A DNA stretch of 51,068 bases, counting the filler, from Sphacelaria rigidula (lineage: Eukaryota), in NCBI GenBank assembly GCA_964200075.2. It is 3 parts of 3 records of this genome, joined end to end, with 100 filler letters (N's around TTAATTAATTAA, not from the genome) between each part and the next. Parts side by side here need not be neighbours in the genome. Positions count along the whole stretch, not along the records: positions 17,059 to 34,015 come from CAXNAA020001202.1; positions 34,116 to 51,068 come from CAXNAA020001203.1; 1 more part is not named here. One strand, written 5' to 3'. The position numbers and the translations under genes are program-made. The number at the start of each line of letters is the position of its first letter. Positions within the stretch are counted from its first letter, which is position 1. Below the pieces are notes generated by a model that had not been told where the DNA came from, searched no databases, and saw only the letters and a program-made list of their open reading frames with translations. Positions 26,735 to 38,205 of this stretch are shown one piece after another.

Positions 26735-26947
26735 TTGTAATGCGTGAGAGTACCGCGTGCTTAGAGGTCCGCGCCGTGGTTCAAAACACCTCCGGATCGA
26801 CGTTTTTCAAAACCAATCGGGCCAGTCCCTGCAGGTACTACGCCCCTGACCATAACCCCTACACTAACCCTAACCCTAACCCTCACCATAGGGGCATTCA
26901 ACTTCCGATGCGGTCCCCTAAGCGCGCGGTCCTCTCACGCATTACAG
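26735..26947. mobile_element. Second copy (inverted) of the TTAGGG-containing MITE
   Basis: Reverse-complement homolog of 23918-24130; ctaaccctaaccctaaccct inside; 2-bp flanks ca/ca. Confidence 0.85.
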
Positions 26948-28970
26948 CATGACAATCTGAGGACAGCCCGTCCTTTGTCACATGTGATGATGCGCAATCA
27001 TCGGGAATGTGTGCTCCATATTTCAAGGCATGCCCCCCCATCCACAGGCACTAATGCCAGCCTCCCTACACCTTCAAGGGTAGCCACAGTCCACCGCGGT
27101 ATGAGGTAACGCGTTCCAGTAGCGTTGGTGCCATATCGGGCGAGCAGCAGTACCAAGCAGTCACTTTGGCTGAAGCAGGTGTCCCCAAATGGACAATACT
27201 GCTGCAGTTCCCGACTGATCGGTGCAACATCAAGCACGCAATAAACTCGCTGATTGAGAGGTACTGTACGCCCCGGACTTTCGAGTTTTGTGTTGCGCGC
27301 CGTGAACCTTGTGATCGACTTGTGGACAGCTGTGGAGTCGGGGGTGATACTTGCTGTGGGTCGGAACGTCAATCTCAGCTTCGCGCTGCGCGTATGAAAT
27401 AAAGCTGGACCCAAAACGATTGACAACGACCAGCATCAGTCACCGCATCTTCTCGCTTGCCCTTTTTGTTTCCTGAGACAGTTACTCACTGGTCGTTTTG
27501 GCCGCATCTTGAATGCTCCAACAACGTGCACATAGTTGACAATACTTCTACCCCACGGTAACAACAGAGCGCATTCAACTTGCGCTGTGTAGCCGAGACA
27601 CATCGCTACTACAGCCTCCCAGAGCTCTGGTGCACTCGTGCAGTGAATAAATAGTTAGGGGTGGAGTCAAAAGCATCGCTAGCAAATACTGTACGCTTTC
27701 TGCGGTAGTGAGCATAACTTTTGGGCTCAGACGGCGGTTGCCAGCTACCACTGCTTCACTGTGCAAAGGCACCACGCCTTCTTCAATATACCGGTAGTGT
27801 GTTGCCATCACATCTTGAAGGAGTTCAATCGGAGAAGGGCTCAGGCTTGTACAAATAACCGATATGGTGTTGGTCCTTTCAAAGAGACATTCATAGGGAA
27901 TTTGTGCGCTGTAATGGGTGGACTTGGGCCAGAGCTCGTTGATGACAAACGTTTACAGATTCTCTGTACGCGTTTCCGCGTATACTGGTGATGAAATGGT
28001 CGGTCAAGTTTGTTGACCACGCCGTGTTTTGGTTTTCGGACGTGGTTTACTAACGTGACCTTCATCTCCGGCACAACGCTGAAAATATAGTGCTTAAACC
28101 CTCGGGGTGCATGACTTTGAAGATAGACGTCGGCACTACATGGTACAAAAAGCTACATGAGTACAGTGTTTGATTGACTGACGATAGATGAAGATGGACC
28201 ATATCCATATTCTCGGCTTCCACAGCTAGTGGATACAAGTGCGATATGGTGAAGAAGGAACAGTAGCATGCCCGACTTTCCCCCTCCTCTCCGGTTTTAC
28301 GATTTGAAGTTTTTGGGGGTATGTATGGCCCCTGGGAAATGTGCCCATATGCTCCCTGGGCTCAAGCGAAACTTTCTCGGTTTTACGAAAGACAATACTC
28401 TACCCACATGACGAGCGGGCAGGGGATATCAGTACCGCACGCAAACGGCTTCGTACCTGCACAACCTGTGCTCGCTCCTCGAAGTCACTACACAGCTGAC
28501 AGTAAAAACGTGCACTATGCATGAGGGGTTCTAACGGGTGGGTGGGGCGCATGACCATCATCTTCTCGACGAGCAAACAACTGACGGTATGGGTCATTTG
28601 GGCCGTGTCTTACCCAGACAAGAAAAAAGCAAAACTATACAAGCTAAAAGAAGCGAGCAAAGGAAGCATGTTGATCGGTCGCTGCGATACCGCACCCCCA
28701 ACAAATATAGCGGCGACGGTTCATTTTCATGAGTTTGATTACTTTTTTTCAAGTTATTCGCTCAGACGACTCATAATTGTTCACCATAAAGGGCAACATG
28801 AACCAGCGGCGCAAAATTCCCTTGCTGTGGTGCATGGGTGCAAACCTACCACACAGCCCGGAGCTGAGGTACAAGGTCGTAATAATGTATGATATCCCTG
28901 TCCCAGGATAGACAATGAATAGCTCGATCCATACGAGCTGGGCCAGCCTAGAGGCGGATTTGAGGTTTGC

Positions 28971-29249
28971 AGGCGAATGCGCCGGCCAATATTTAGAGTT
29001 GGAGCGTAAAATGTGGTATGGACGATGCATACGGCACAATGAACCAATATGCAGAAGAACCAGAAGGCTTTTTGTTTTTTTTCGAGAGTTTAAGGCATTT
29101 CACTGGTACCTGAAAACTGATTATTGCCCTCAACTCATGGACAAAACAAAAACAAATTTTGGTGCTTGTTATATTTTGTTTCGTGTTCTATGCATTATCC
29201 ATAGCAAATTATCCGCTCCAACTCTAAATATTGGCCGGCGCATTCGCCT
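28971..29249. mobile_element. MITE-like element with a perfect 36-bp terminal inverted repeat
   Basis: aggcgaatgcgccggccaatatttagagttggagcg and its reverse complement at 29214-29249; TSD not resolved. Confidence 0.75.
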
Positions 29250-31579
29250 TTTGAAAACCAGATCGGTAGAAATTCGGGACAGTATTTCCCAGGCCACTCA
29301 CCGGCCCACGTTTGGTTTCTGTGTATTGAAATTTTGTTTGGGCCCTCGCTATGGCATAATTAACCAAATTCAGTGGGTGAGGCTGTTTATTTTCATTTTT
29401 GTCACTGGTTTAGGGCGTTCTAGTATGGAGTAGACAGTTTCTTCACGAGAACGCCCTGACCTCTATGGAAAAAAAAAAAAAAGGCCCATCTTGTCTTATT
29501 CCGCACGCCTTCGTGGTTCTCCATGCTAAGTTTCAAATCACAATTCTAAAAATTGGACTAAAGCATTGAGATGAGGCGTAAGAGAAATGTTCATTTCTGC
29601 TCACAACTCCACAAAAAACACGACAAAAAAAATGAAATAAAAACGAAAAAAGGGTAACAAGCTGTTATATTTCTTTTATTGTGCACTAGCGGTTCTCCAT
29701 ACGAAATTTTATAGCGCAACTCTCAAAACCTGAGACGCGATATCCAGATTTAGGGCATCCAGCGCGTCTGTTCGTAATAAATTGATTTTAGTATAGAAAC
29801 TTATGTGCGCCATATCTCGAGATGGATTACGAATTAGGTGAAGGTAGGGGTATCGATCGTCTTCCCGTGCTCCAGGGAAGGTCTACACCAAACATTGTCA
29901 TCATTCTCTGAATGTATCGTTCGGGGTTACATGTAGATTTTAGTCTGGGCGCTATCGTCGTACGGTATAGGAATTTCCAGAAATAGGTTTCAATCAACGA
30001 GAAAATATCGGCCCAGATTTGTTTTATCAGATGGGCACCTTCCCCTTGATAACACGATTGATACGACATGCGGATCACGGCCCAACTCGTCTGTGTCGGT
30101 GAGATATTGCTTTATCAGTTTTTAGGCTGGCCCTGCTCGTACCAAATTCTATGTAAGACTTTTCGGTCGGGGAAAACCGATTCAAATCTGAATGATAAAT
30201 TACGATTTCTGTCAGAAGGGCGCTGTATATAGCAGTCATCGCTCAGACAAACCATCGTAGATTCATAGCGATTTTTTTCACCTTTTTCGGTTACCACGAC
30301 ACATCATGGTTTCTGTCTTATCTCAAACTTTTGGAATCGGGAGACATGACCCACCCGACACAAGTTTCGAGAAAACTAAAAAGTAACCCAAGACTAATTT
30401 ACTTCTGAACGAGGTGCAGGCTCACCGGTCTTTCCGGGTCCCACGAGCGTGCGGAGCCCCCCCGTTCTCGCGCTTGCATATTTGCGCTCGACCGGACCGA
30501 TTCGGATCGATGTGATGAACAATTCTATGCCTTAGCTCTGTTGGGACCCTCTACCCTACGATCGTGTGTTAGCGGCACAAATCGTCTGCGAAAAAGTCAC
30601 GATTGAGTGATGATCATATTTGAAGTTTGCCTACTGTAACAGATGCACCAGCGGGGACAACTCCCATACAGAAGGGAAGATTTTTGTATTTTAAGGCAAA
30701 ACTCAGCAAATCAGAAGGCCTTCAGTGAAAAATCGGTGGAATCTGGCGCCAATGAAATGCGACCTTTGCAGTGAATTATGTAGTGAAAAGTGCTTGTGAA
30801 TGGCTCGCACACTCGAGTCACACCTGTAGTGTACGTACTACAATACAGGAGTGAATAGAAGGGCCGGAACGGATAGAACAGCAGCAGAGAAACAAAGCTG
30901 CAAGCAGGCAAGCAGACGAGCAGACAGTGAGTGGTCCATTGCCGCCGCAGGGCGTAATCGCGATGCTCGTGTATCGTTATATCTCCATCATGGTATGGCT
31001 GGTTGTGTCTTACCGTCACCGCGAGCGCTGGCGCCGATGCCAGCGGCAGCGGACATCATGCTGACGGGTGCAAGTCGTACTCTGGCGGTGCAGTGTATCC
31101 GCACTTTTCTGTGGGTTGCTCGTTTCATCGGAGCACGGCGTCTGGCCCAGCCGGTCGAGCGTTATTTACCGGCGCTGGTTGTGTCTTTATCCAGCTATGT
31201 TCGGTATCGCGCCAATGATGGGTATGAGTAGCACGGACGTTTTCAACAGTCAAGTGTGTAGACAGCACTGCGTCTCAACTGATACCATATTTTCAAGGGC
31301 AGGTCGAGTAGTGTATACGCCATACTCGGTGTTTCTGAAAACTCTTTCTTCTAGTACTCAAATTTTGAGTAGAGTATTCAAGGTCGTACTCAACCTTGTC
31401 AAAAGTTCAGTAGAGTATTTAGATCATACCCAAGTGATACTCTGTACCTGAGTATTACTGAAAGTGCTGACCCAGTATTTGAGTAGGGTATTTTGAAGCC
31501 GTACTCGATCTACCCAAATATTCAGTGCAACACTTGAGCTCATACTAAGTCTACCCAAAATTTGAGTAGAGTATTGGGG

Positions 31580-32857
31580 TAGGCCCTGACTTCTAAGGCA
31601 TGCCGAAGGGGGGTTCAAGGCAAACCGTTCGAGGCACGTCTCAGGCAAAATGGTTGGCCTGAGGCAACTGTTAAGGCAGGCCTTATCCGGTATTCATGCC
31701 CGAAATGCCCTCGTTAATAGCTCGGGATGCCTGAGACTTGCCTTAGACAATTACTCCGGTTACCCTGATAGTTGGAGTGGGCGTTGTCATAAGCTTGTTT
31801 TACTGCCATTCTTTTTGTGGCATAATGTGTTTTGCCTTTGTAAAATAAGGCATCTCAGGCAGAAAATAAAACCCCGGTATCCCGACTAATTGTAGTTGGC
31901 GTCGTCATTCGTGTGTCTTGGGGCCGTATGTTATGGCACACAGATTTTTGGTCCACGAATTGTTCACATTTGGGACGGTTGGGCAACTTCCTAACTACCA
32001 GACAGGGGAAATCGCCAACACACGTATTGGACACTTGGCATCACCCTACAGAGAGGGGCCTAGCCTACTCTTTACATTCGCTCGGCCCCGACGTTTCGAG
32101 ATTGGCCGCTGAACAATAATTCGTGGGCAGTAGTCTTTGCCTGCTGACCCCCGCCAGTTTGCCCAATAATCTGTGGAGATGGCCGTAGATTTTACTGCAC
32201 ACGGATTATTGTTCAGCGGCCTCTCTCGAAACCTTGGAGCCAAGCGAATCTGAAAAGTGGGCTTTCTTCTTCTCTTTTTCTTTTTCAAAACGGACCGCAC
32301 TAATCTCATAAACATTTGTACCAAAGAAGAAGGTCTGAGACGTCCAACGTCGCCAGAAATCAACTGCTGCGTAAAGTGTACCGTAATTGAAACAGAGGGT
32401 GTTTTGGCCGCATTTTTTACGTCGATAGAGCCATACTCCACATCCACTCCTGCAACTTGGTTTGGTTATTTTCCAACTTTGAAATGCTTCGGTGATAAAG
32501 GATTAAATTGTCTCTGCCCGGATACTCTGGGCATTGTTTTACGTGTCGTGGGTCCCACGAACCAGAGTTATTCCCGTCTAGGCTCCTCTCTGTGAGGTGA
32601 TACAAAGTGTCCCAGACGTGTGTTGGCGATTTTCCCTGTTGGGAGTCAAAAAGTGGCTCAAACCTCCCAAAAGTGAATAATACGCCGGCCAAAAATTTGT
32701 GTGCCATAACATACGGCCTTATTTCCATTCTTTTGTAGTATATGTGTTGCCTCGCCCAAGCAAGGTATCTCAGGCGCCATACCCCCTCTCAGGCAACCCC
32801 TTCCTGGAAAGGGGCTTTAAGGTAAGAAGTAAGGCACGCCTTAGAAGTCAGGGCTTA
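31580..32857. mobile_element. Nested hAT-type element
   Basis: TIR taggccctgacttctaaggcatgcc/ggcacgccttagaagtcagggctta; 8-bp flanks tattgggg/tgttgagg. Confidence 0.75.
31922..32718. mobile_element. Innermost long-TIR (~150 bp) foldback element
   Basis: ggccgtatgttatggcacaca..gagaggggcctag mirrored at 32578-32718; related copy at 35324-36009. Confidence 0.75.
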
Positions 32858-34015
32858 TGTTGAGGTCATACCTAAGTGATACTCTATATTCAAGTATTAC
32901 TGAGAGTACTCAATGTACCGAAGGTTTGAGCAGAGTTATTGAGGTCGCAAGCAATCTACCCAAAAATTGAGTAGAGCATATACTCGGGTATTTTACCGGA
33001 GTTTTCAAAAGTACGTACTCTACTCGCCCTTGTATACTCTACAGAGACGAACACAACAATACAGCAGTTCAGGCAATCCCAGCACAGACCAAACCGTCTT
33101 CCCAAGGTAAAAAAACACCACATATCGGTGATAGCTATAGCACATGAGAGCGGGCGTGAGTGCGTGTGTGCTGCAGTACAGGAAAAAACTATTCCGCGTG
33201 TCATTTTTTCCCTGACCCCCCAAAATGAGCAAAAAAAGTGTCCCCGACCAAAAGCACGAACAGACCGGAGATCTCGTTCATCCCCTGATTATGCACGCCG
33301 TAAAATCCCCCCAAGTACTTGTCATTTGAGTGGGGTTTCCACTTGACGATTTCCCTTTTTCGTTGTCCCGGGCTACAAACCACGGCGTACCTAGGCTACT
33401 CACCAGCGTGTATGTGTCCAAGATACAATCTGGAAAGATTGCAGATTGTATAGTAGAACCAAAGGAGTTATGGTGATCGAGAAAATCGCAAAAAACCCAT
33501 GTTTTTTTCACTTAATTTGTTTTAAAACTCGAATCCCGATGAGACAAAAAAATTGTTGACCGAGTTTTCAGCTGCCGTCTTGGCGCAGATGATGCAAAGA
33601 ATTGCATCCCAATCGATGGCCTTGACGAGGAGTAATTGGGGCAACCGTTTGGGCTACGGGCGCAATCGAGCACCTCCAACCCTCGCCGGTTTTGACGACA
33701 TGCGAACACGTCACCCCTGTCCGACGGCCTCAGAATAGATTACACTCATGGATGACTCTTGATACTGCATATGGTTGATACATCACATGGGTGGAATGTT
33801 CGGCAGGTAGGAGTAGAATTGAACCTTTGACCAAACCCCTAGAGGCTTCCGCGTGTGCGGATATTTACCCCCACATCTGTGCATCGCTTGTGATAGTGGC
33901 AAGAGTAGCGCTCGTTCTCCTGCACCCGGTGCCATCACCACGCCACCGTCGATAGCGTAGCTTTGTATCTCATCTCACCTGGCGGCAAGTGTGGACAAAC
34001 TCTGAACTGATGGAG

Positions 34016-34115
34016 NNNNNNNNNNNNNNNNNNNNNNNNNNNNNNNNNNNNNNNNNNNNTTAATTAATTAANNNNNNNNNNNNNNNNNNNNNNNNNNNNN
34101 NNNNNNNNNNNNNNN
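34016..34115. other. Scaffold gap with TTAATTAATTAA linker
   Basis: 100-nt block of Ns with a central 12-mer. Confidence 0.97.
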
Positions 34116-34183
34116 CATTCACTGATTGACCGCTTTTCACTCTCAATCGTATCATCTACTCTCAATCTCACGAAAACACTGTT
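34116..34183. mobile_element. End of a third ~300-bp AACA..TGTT MITE copy, truncated by the gap
   Basis: Matches 18760-18827 and ends ctcacgaaaacactgtt. Confidence 0.8.
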
Positions 34184-35290
34184 GAATGTCTTTCGCAATA
34201 TGCACCCAAAAGTCACATACATGGTATCGTACTGACCGCAACGGAAAGACGGAGCGGGTGGCATCACCGGATTTTTGTTCGAGGCAGTAGCGGTGGAGCT
34301 ATCGACGAGAATGTGTCGCAGACAATCAGCGCCCTTGTTCCGATATCTAGATTACGAATACGAAGCACATCATCATCCAATCTCTACTACATCATATCGT
34401 AGTAACCATCATCGACAAAGGAATCTCACGAGAAAGACATTTTTTGAACGGATACTACGACAGTCGAATTATATCCGAAATCGTCATGTTGTGATGTGGG
34501 TCGTTGGCGTCGTCTAATTTCTACCTATGATACGCACGAAAGACCGAGGAAGCCTTGTGACGGCGTCCCCTATATCTGTTACTGAAATGCTCGGATCGCC
34601 CTCAAACTCGGCAATTCCGTAGATGTTGATGCCCAAGATTAAGGAAAAATTTACTCTTGACAATAAATCATATTTTCTCCGCTCTCTACCAGCTTCCGGG
34701 GGTCCGAGCATGAAAAGCCCCGGAAGGCGGTACAGAATGCCCTCGAAAATAATTGATGAAAGGATGCGTCTCGGGAGAGTCCGAGAAATGCACGTACAAA
34801 GTTTGGTGAAGAAAATCGAAAACCTCATACAGTTTTTTTTGCCTTCACGTCAACTTCACCTCGGAACAAGACGTTTCTATACCAACACCAAGTAGTCCAC
34901 CACAAACGCGCGAACTCTCACTCTGTCATAGAGAGTTGAATCCTGGAACTTCGCATAAATGTTCTCTGTAATGTTACGCAACTTTCCATGTACGGATGGT
35001 TTTTGTTCGAGTTTCTTGCCGGCTTTCGGGGGTCCAACGGGATCGAGGTCGTTTTTCGAAGTAGTCTCCATTTGAAAACCGCAAAGACACAGCACTACGA
35101 TTTTTTTCGTCATTTTTTCGCAAACTGTCCGCCTCCGCCGAATTCATGTGCTCCACACATCTTCGTCGCAGAACACTCAATTGATGGGTGAATTTCCATG
35201 TTGCCGTCAAAGAACGCCCCAAGACGCCGCTTTGGTACTGAAATCAAGTAGTTTGCGGTTTCACCGTGGTACGGCAAATTCATCGCTCGA
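34184..35290 (-). repeat. Inverted copy of the dispersed repeat at 12360-13510
   Basis: Colinear reverse-complement homology. Confidence 0.75.
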
Positions 35291-35323
35291 GGGCCAAATA
35301 CATCACGCCGGGTGAAGGAAATG

Positions 35324-36009
35324 AGCCGGATGTCATGGCATCCTTGTTTTGTGGCCCACGGATTGTTCACTTACATGACAGTTGACCCACCCTTTGATCC
35401 CCAAGCCGAGGAATCCGCCAACACACCTCCCGGACAGTCCGCGTATCACCCGACAGAGAGGAGCCTAGTCTGTTTTTCAGATTCGCTTGGCTCTGAGGTT
35501 CGGAAGTGGCCGCTAAACAAAAATCTGCGCGTGAAAATCTGTGCCGCCAACATGGCGGGGGGCGGCAGACACGAATTTATACGCGCAGATTCTTGCCGCG
35601 GCCAATTTCGAACCTCGGCGCCGAGCCAATCTGGAAAACAGACTAGGCTCCTCTCTGTGGAGTGACGCGAAGTGTCCACGGTTGGGATGAATGATGACGA
35701 CTCAAAATCATCAAATTCACGATTTCTTCGGCCTGATTGCCCAAAAAGGAGGAAAAGGTTGACCGCTGGTACTAGGTGAATCCACGCAACTTTTGCGCCA
35801 CTCCACGTGTCTGGGGTGCGTGTACCTGGGTTGCAACGCTGAAATAAAGCCCAGGGGTTGATTCGTCACGAGTCGATATTTGTCGGACCGCTGGAAGTGT
35901 CCGAGACGTGTGTTGGCGGTTCCCTCGGCTTGGGGGTCAAAAGTTGGGTCAACCGTCTTGGGAGTGAACAATCTGTGGGTCGAAAATCTGTTTGCCATAA
36001 CATCCGGCC
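35324..36009. mobile_element. Long-TIR foldback element with a nested hAT-like insert (35677-35893)
   Basis: Homolog of 31922-32718; insert flanked by duplicated gaagtgtc. Confidence 0.75.
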
Positions 36010-36261
36010 GTAGACGCTGACATTTTGCACAACTGTGCTATGTGACACTACGCAACTTTGAATGGACGAGGTCTTTTTTTGTTCCCGTTTTGCGGGGGTC
36101 CGACTAGGTGAAGGTTTCCTCAAACAAACTGGGACCTCCGAAAAACGTTGAAAGTGAAGAACTAGAAAAACCCTGATCATCGCAAGATGCGTAATCACCT
36201 ATAAAAATAGATTAAATGTGACTGCAGCATTCCCAAGAAATCTAGCGTAGTATATTTTCAG

Positions 36262-36486
36262 AGTGTTCATTTTCCGCGAAGGCGGGGAAAAAATCACAGT
36301 AACTCTGAAACATCTGTTGACGGCAACGATAACTCTATACAATCTGTAAACGACAGCGATGACTCTGGAAAATCTCTGAACGACAGCGACATTTTGAGGA
36401 AGTCTGGAGACGATGCCTCGTTGACGAGGAGACTAGACCCTGCAGGTGATGAGTGGTGCGCAATCAGGGAGCACTGCTTCGACGTG
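36262..36486 (+). CDS. Candidate upstream ROCO exon with 30-bp (10-aa) Ser/Asp/Asn repeats
   Basis: ttttcag| acceptor, |gtatga donor, 225 nt open, in frame with the acceptor at 36633; contains no ATG, so it could be 5' UTR. Confidence 0.45.
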
Positions 36487-36645
36487 GTATGAGCAGTACT
36501 TCTGGATAGCAGTATGACGGTATAAGAAGTACCTCCTGATGACATTAATCAGCTGCTACATATGCTGATGTTGTGTTGTACCAGAAGAAAACGCGACCCC
36601 TCGTAAACTTCCTTCCCTATCTACACCCCACAGGCCTCCTCTACG

Positions 36646-36802
36646 ATGGCTTCGTCGGATCGCGACCTTCTGCTTACCCTGACCCATTGGGCTAAATGGT
36701 CGGATCGGGACACCAATGCTGATATATCCGATTGGAATGGGGTGACGGTCAACGACCAGGGCCGCGTAGTTGAGCTAGATCTGAGCAACAGGGGCCTCCG
36801 AG
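36646..36802 (+). CDS. ROCO LRR-GTPase: LRR N-cap exon
   Basis: MASSDRDLLLTL..WNGVTVNDQGRVVELDLSNRGLRG, typical of brown-algal LRR N-caps; phase-1 donor g|gtatt; acceptor cacag at 36633. Confidence 0.85.
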
Positions 36803-37912
36803 GTATTCCAAGGGCTACCCTGGGACTTCACTTGTTCTCTCTTGTGATGCTTGACCTTCCCCGACAGTTGGTTTACCGAAAATGGTTTTATCCATGAAAT
36901 TGTAAATTTTGCAGCAAGCCACGCCGTTGATTTTTTTACGCTCCTTCAGTGTAAAGCAACCGGTGGACATGCCTCGTATGTCGAGTCCCCATTGTGCTCG
37001 CACGCGGTGGGCTCACCGGAGCATATCGACACCTCTGTATCTTGCCTTGTTGCCCACCTCCTTGAACACGCGTCACCTGTACCCCACATGAAAGTGTCTG
37101 ACCGGTACGTGCCGCTGTTGAACAGCAGGCCTTCGTTACCGCCACTTTGGGGTGCTGCACTCCGTCGTTTTTGTCGAACTATTTTGGACTTACCAACCAC
37201 GAACACGATTCGTACCGACTCAAAAGCGTTGGTGATTGATTTCCTCGTTGACATGAGCACGCCGACCCGCAGACGCTTTTCACAGCCATGCCCAGGGAAA
37301 AGTCGCAAACGCTGTGAACCCAGCGGTCCTTTTCCTTGCGACATCGAGAGAACATGTTGAAAATTTCGACAGTTTTCCCCGCTGTGTTGTAGCTGATATT
37401 TGGGGACTCATTTACAGCGGCCATGTTCACTTCTTCTACGATCTTATCCTTGTGTCTTCAGTTGCAGCAGGTCTTACCCCCCTGAAATGGGAGATGCGTC
37501 TCTTGAACTGTTATCTCGAACTGTCGATTTGGTCGGAAGCATACGATGTCGAACGGTTTTGGGTTCGAAATAATGAAAATTAGCCGCCGAAGAATCGGAC
37601 AGGAATATTGGACTGCGATTGTGCTGCTCAGTATTGTTTTATTTTCCATGAACTTTTGACTACTAATCAGATAAAGATGACTTCTGATCAGGTTGAGATG
37701 AGAATATCGATCATGTTCCCGTGCTCGAAGAAACACCAACACTCGAGAAAGCATCATCCGCTGTATATACCGCTTGGGTCTTCGTATAGACCTGAGTATC
37801 GACCCTACTTCAGAACGGTGAAGCACTCGACATGGCGTTCAATCATGGAGGAAAGATTGGCCCAGACCTTGGGGCTGACGTGCATTTTCCCCTCGAACGT
37901 TCTGCCGTGCAG

Positions 37913-37984
37913 GATGGATACCCGATGCGCGTGGGGATCTCGACGAACTGAGGGTGCTGAAACTGGGCAGGAACGAGCTCACGG
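37913..37984 (+). CDS. ROCO 72-nt LRR exon (GWIPDARGDLDELRVLKLGRNELT)
   Basis: tgcag|72 nt|gtgagg, phase 1-1, 24-aa LRR consensus. Confidence 0.8.
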
Positions 37985-38133
37985 GTGAGGAGTGATGCAA
38001 TGAGCAGATTTGTATACTGAAAGATGTGCTATGCACAAGCGAGCAGACCAATACATGGTGTAGCGCCACAGGTAAGACACGATCGATATTTCGGAGACCG
38101 ACGAAGACGTTGCGTTAACTTTCGTGTATGCAG

Positions 38134-38205
38134 GACACATACCTTCAGAACTTGTGAATCTCGACGCGTTGGAACACCTCGACCCCAGCGTCAACAAGTT
38201 GAATG
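38134..38205 (+). pseudogene. 72-nt LRR exon with a broken donor (GHIPSELVNLDALEHLDPSVNKLN)
   Basis: Good acceptor tatgcag and LRR consensus, but the donor reads ccgagt instead of gtgagt. Confidence 0.75.

Larger units (their letters stand above)
31294..33032. mobile_element. Outer hAT-like non-autonomous element with tactca/gagta subterminal repeats
   Basis: Ends caagggc..gagtagtgtatacg / gtacgtactctactcgcccttg; the same subrepeat array lies on both sides of the nested inserts. Confidence 0.65.

Noticed and set aside
29760-30260. Similarity to 37560-37830 in the ROCO intron
   Set aside because: Looks like an ordinary old dispersed repeat; ends and TSD could not be defined
33555-34015. Exon-like minus-strand segment (PKRLPQLLLVKAIDWDAILCIICAK)
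   Set aside because: In-frame stop, no recognisable family and adjacent to a gap; cannot be supported
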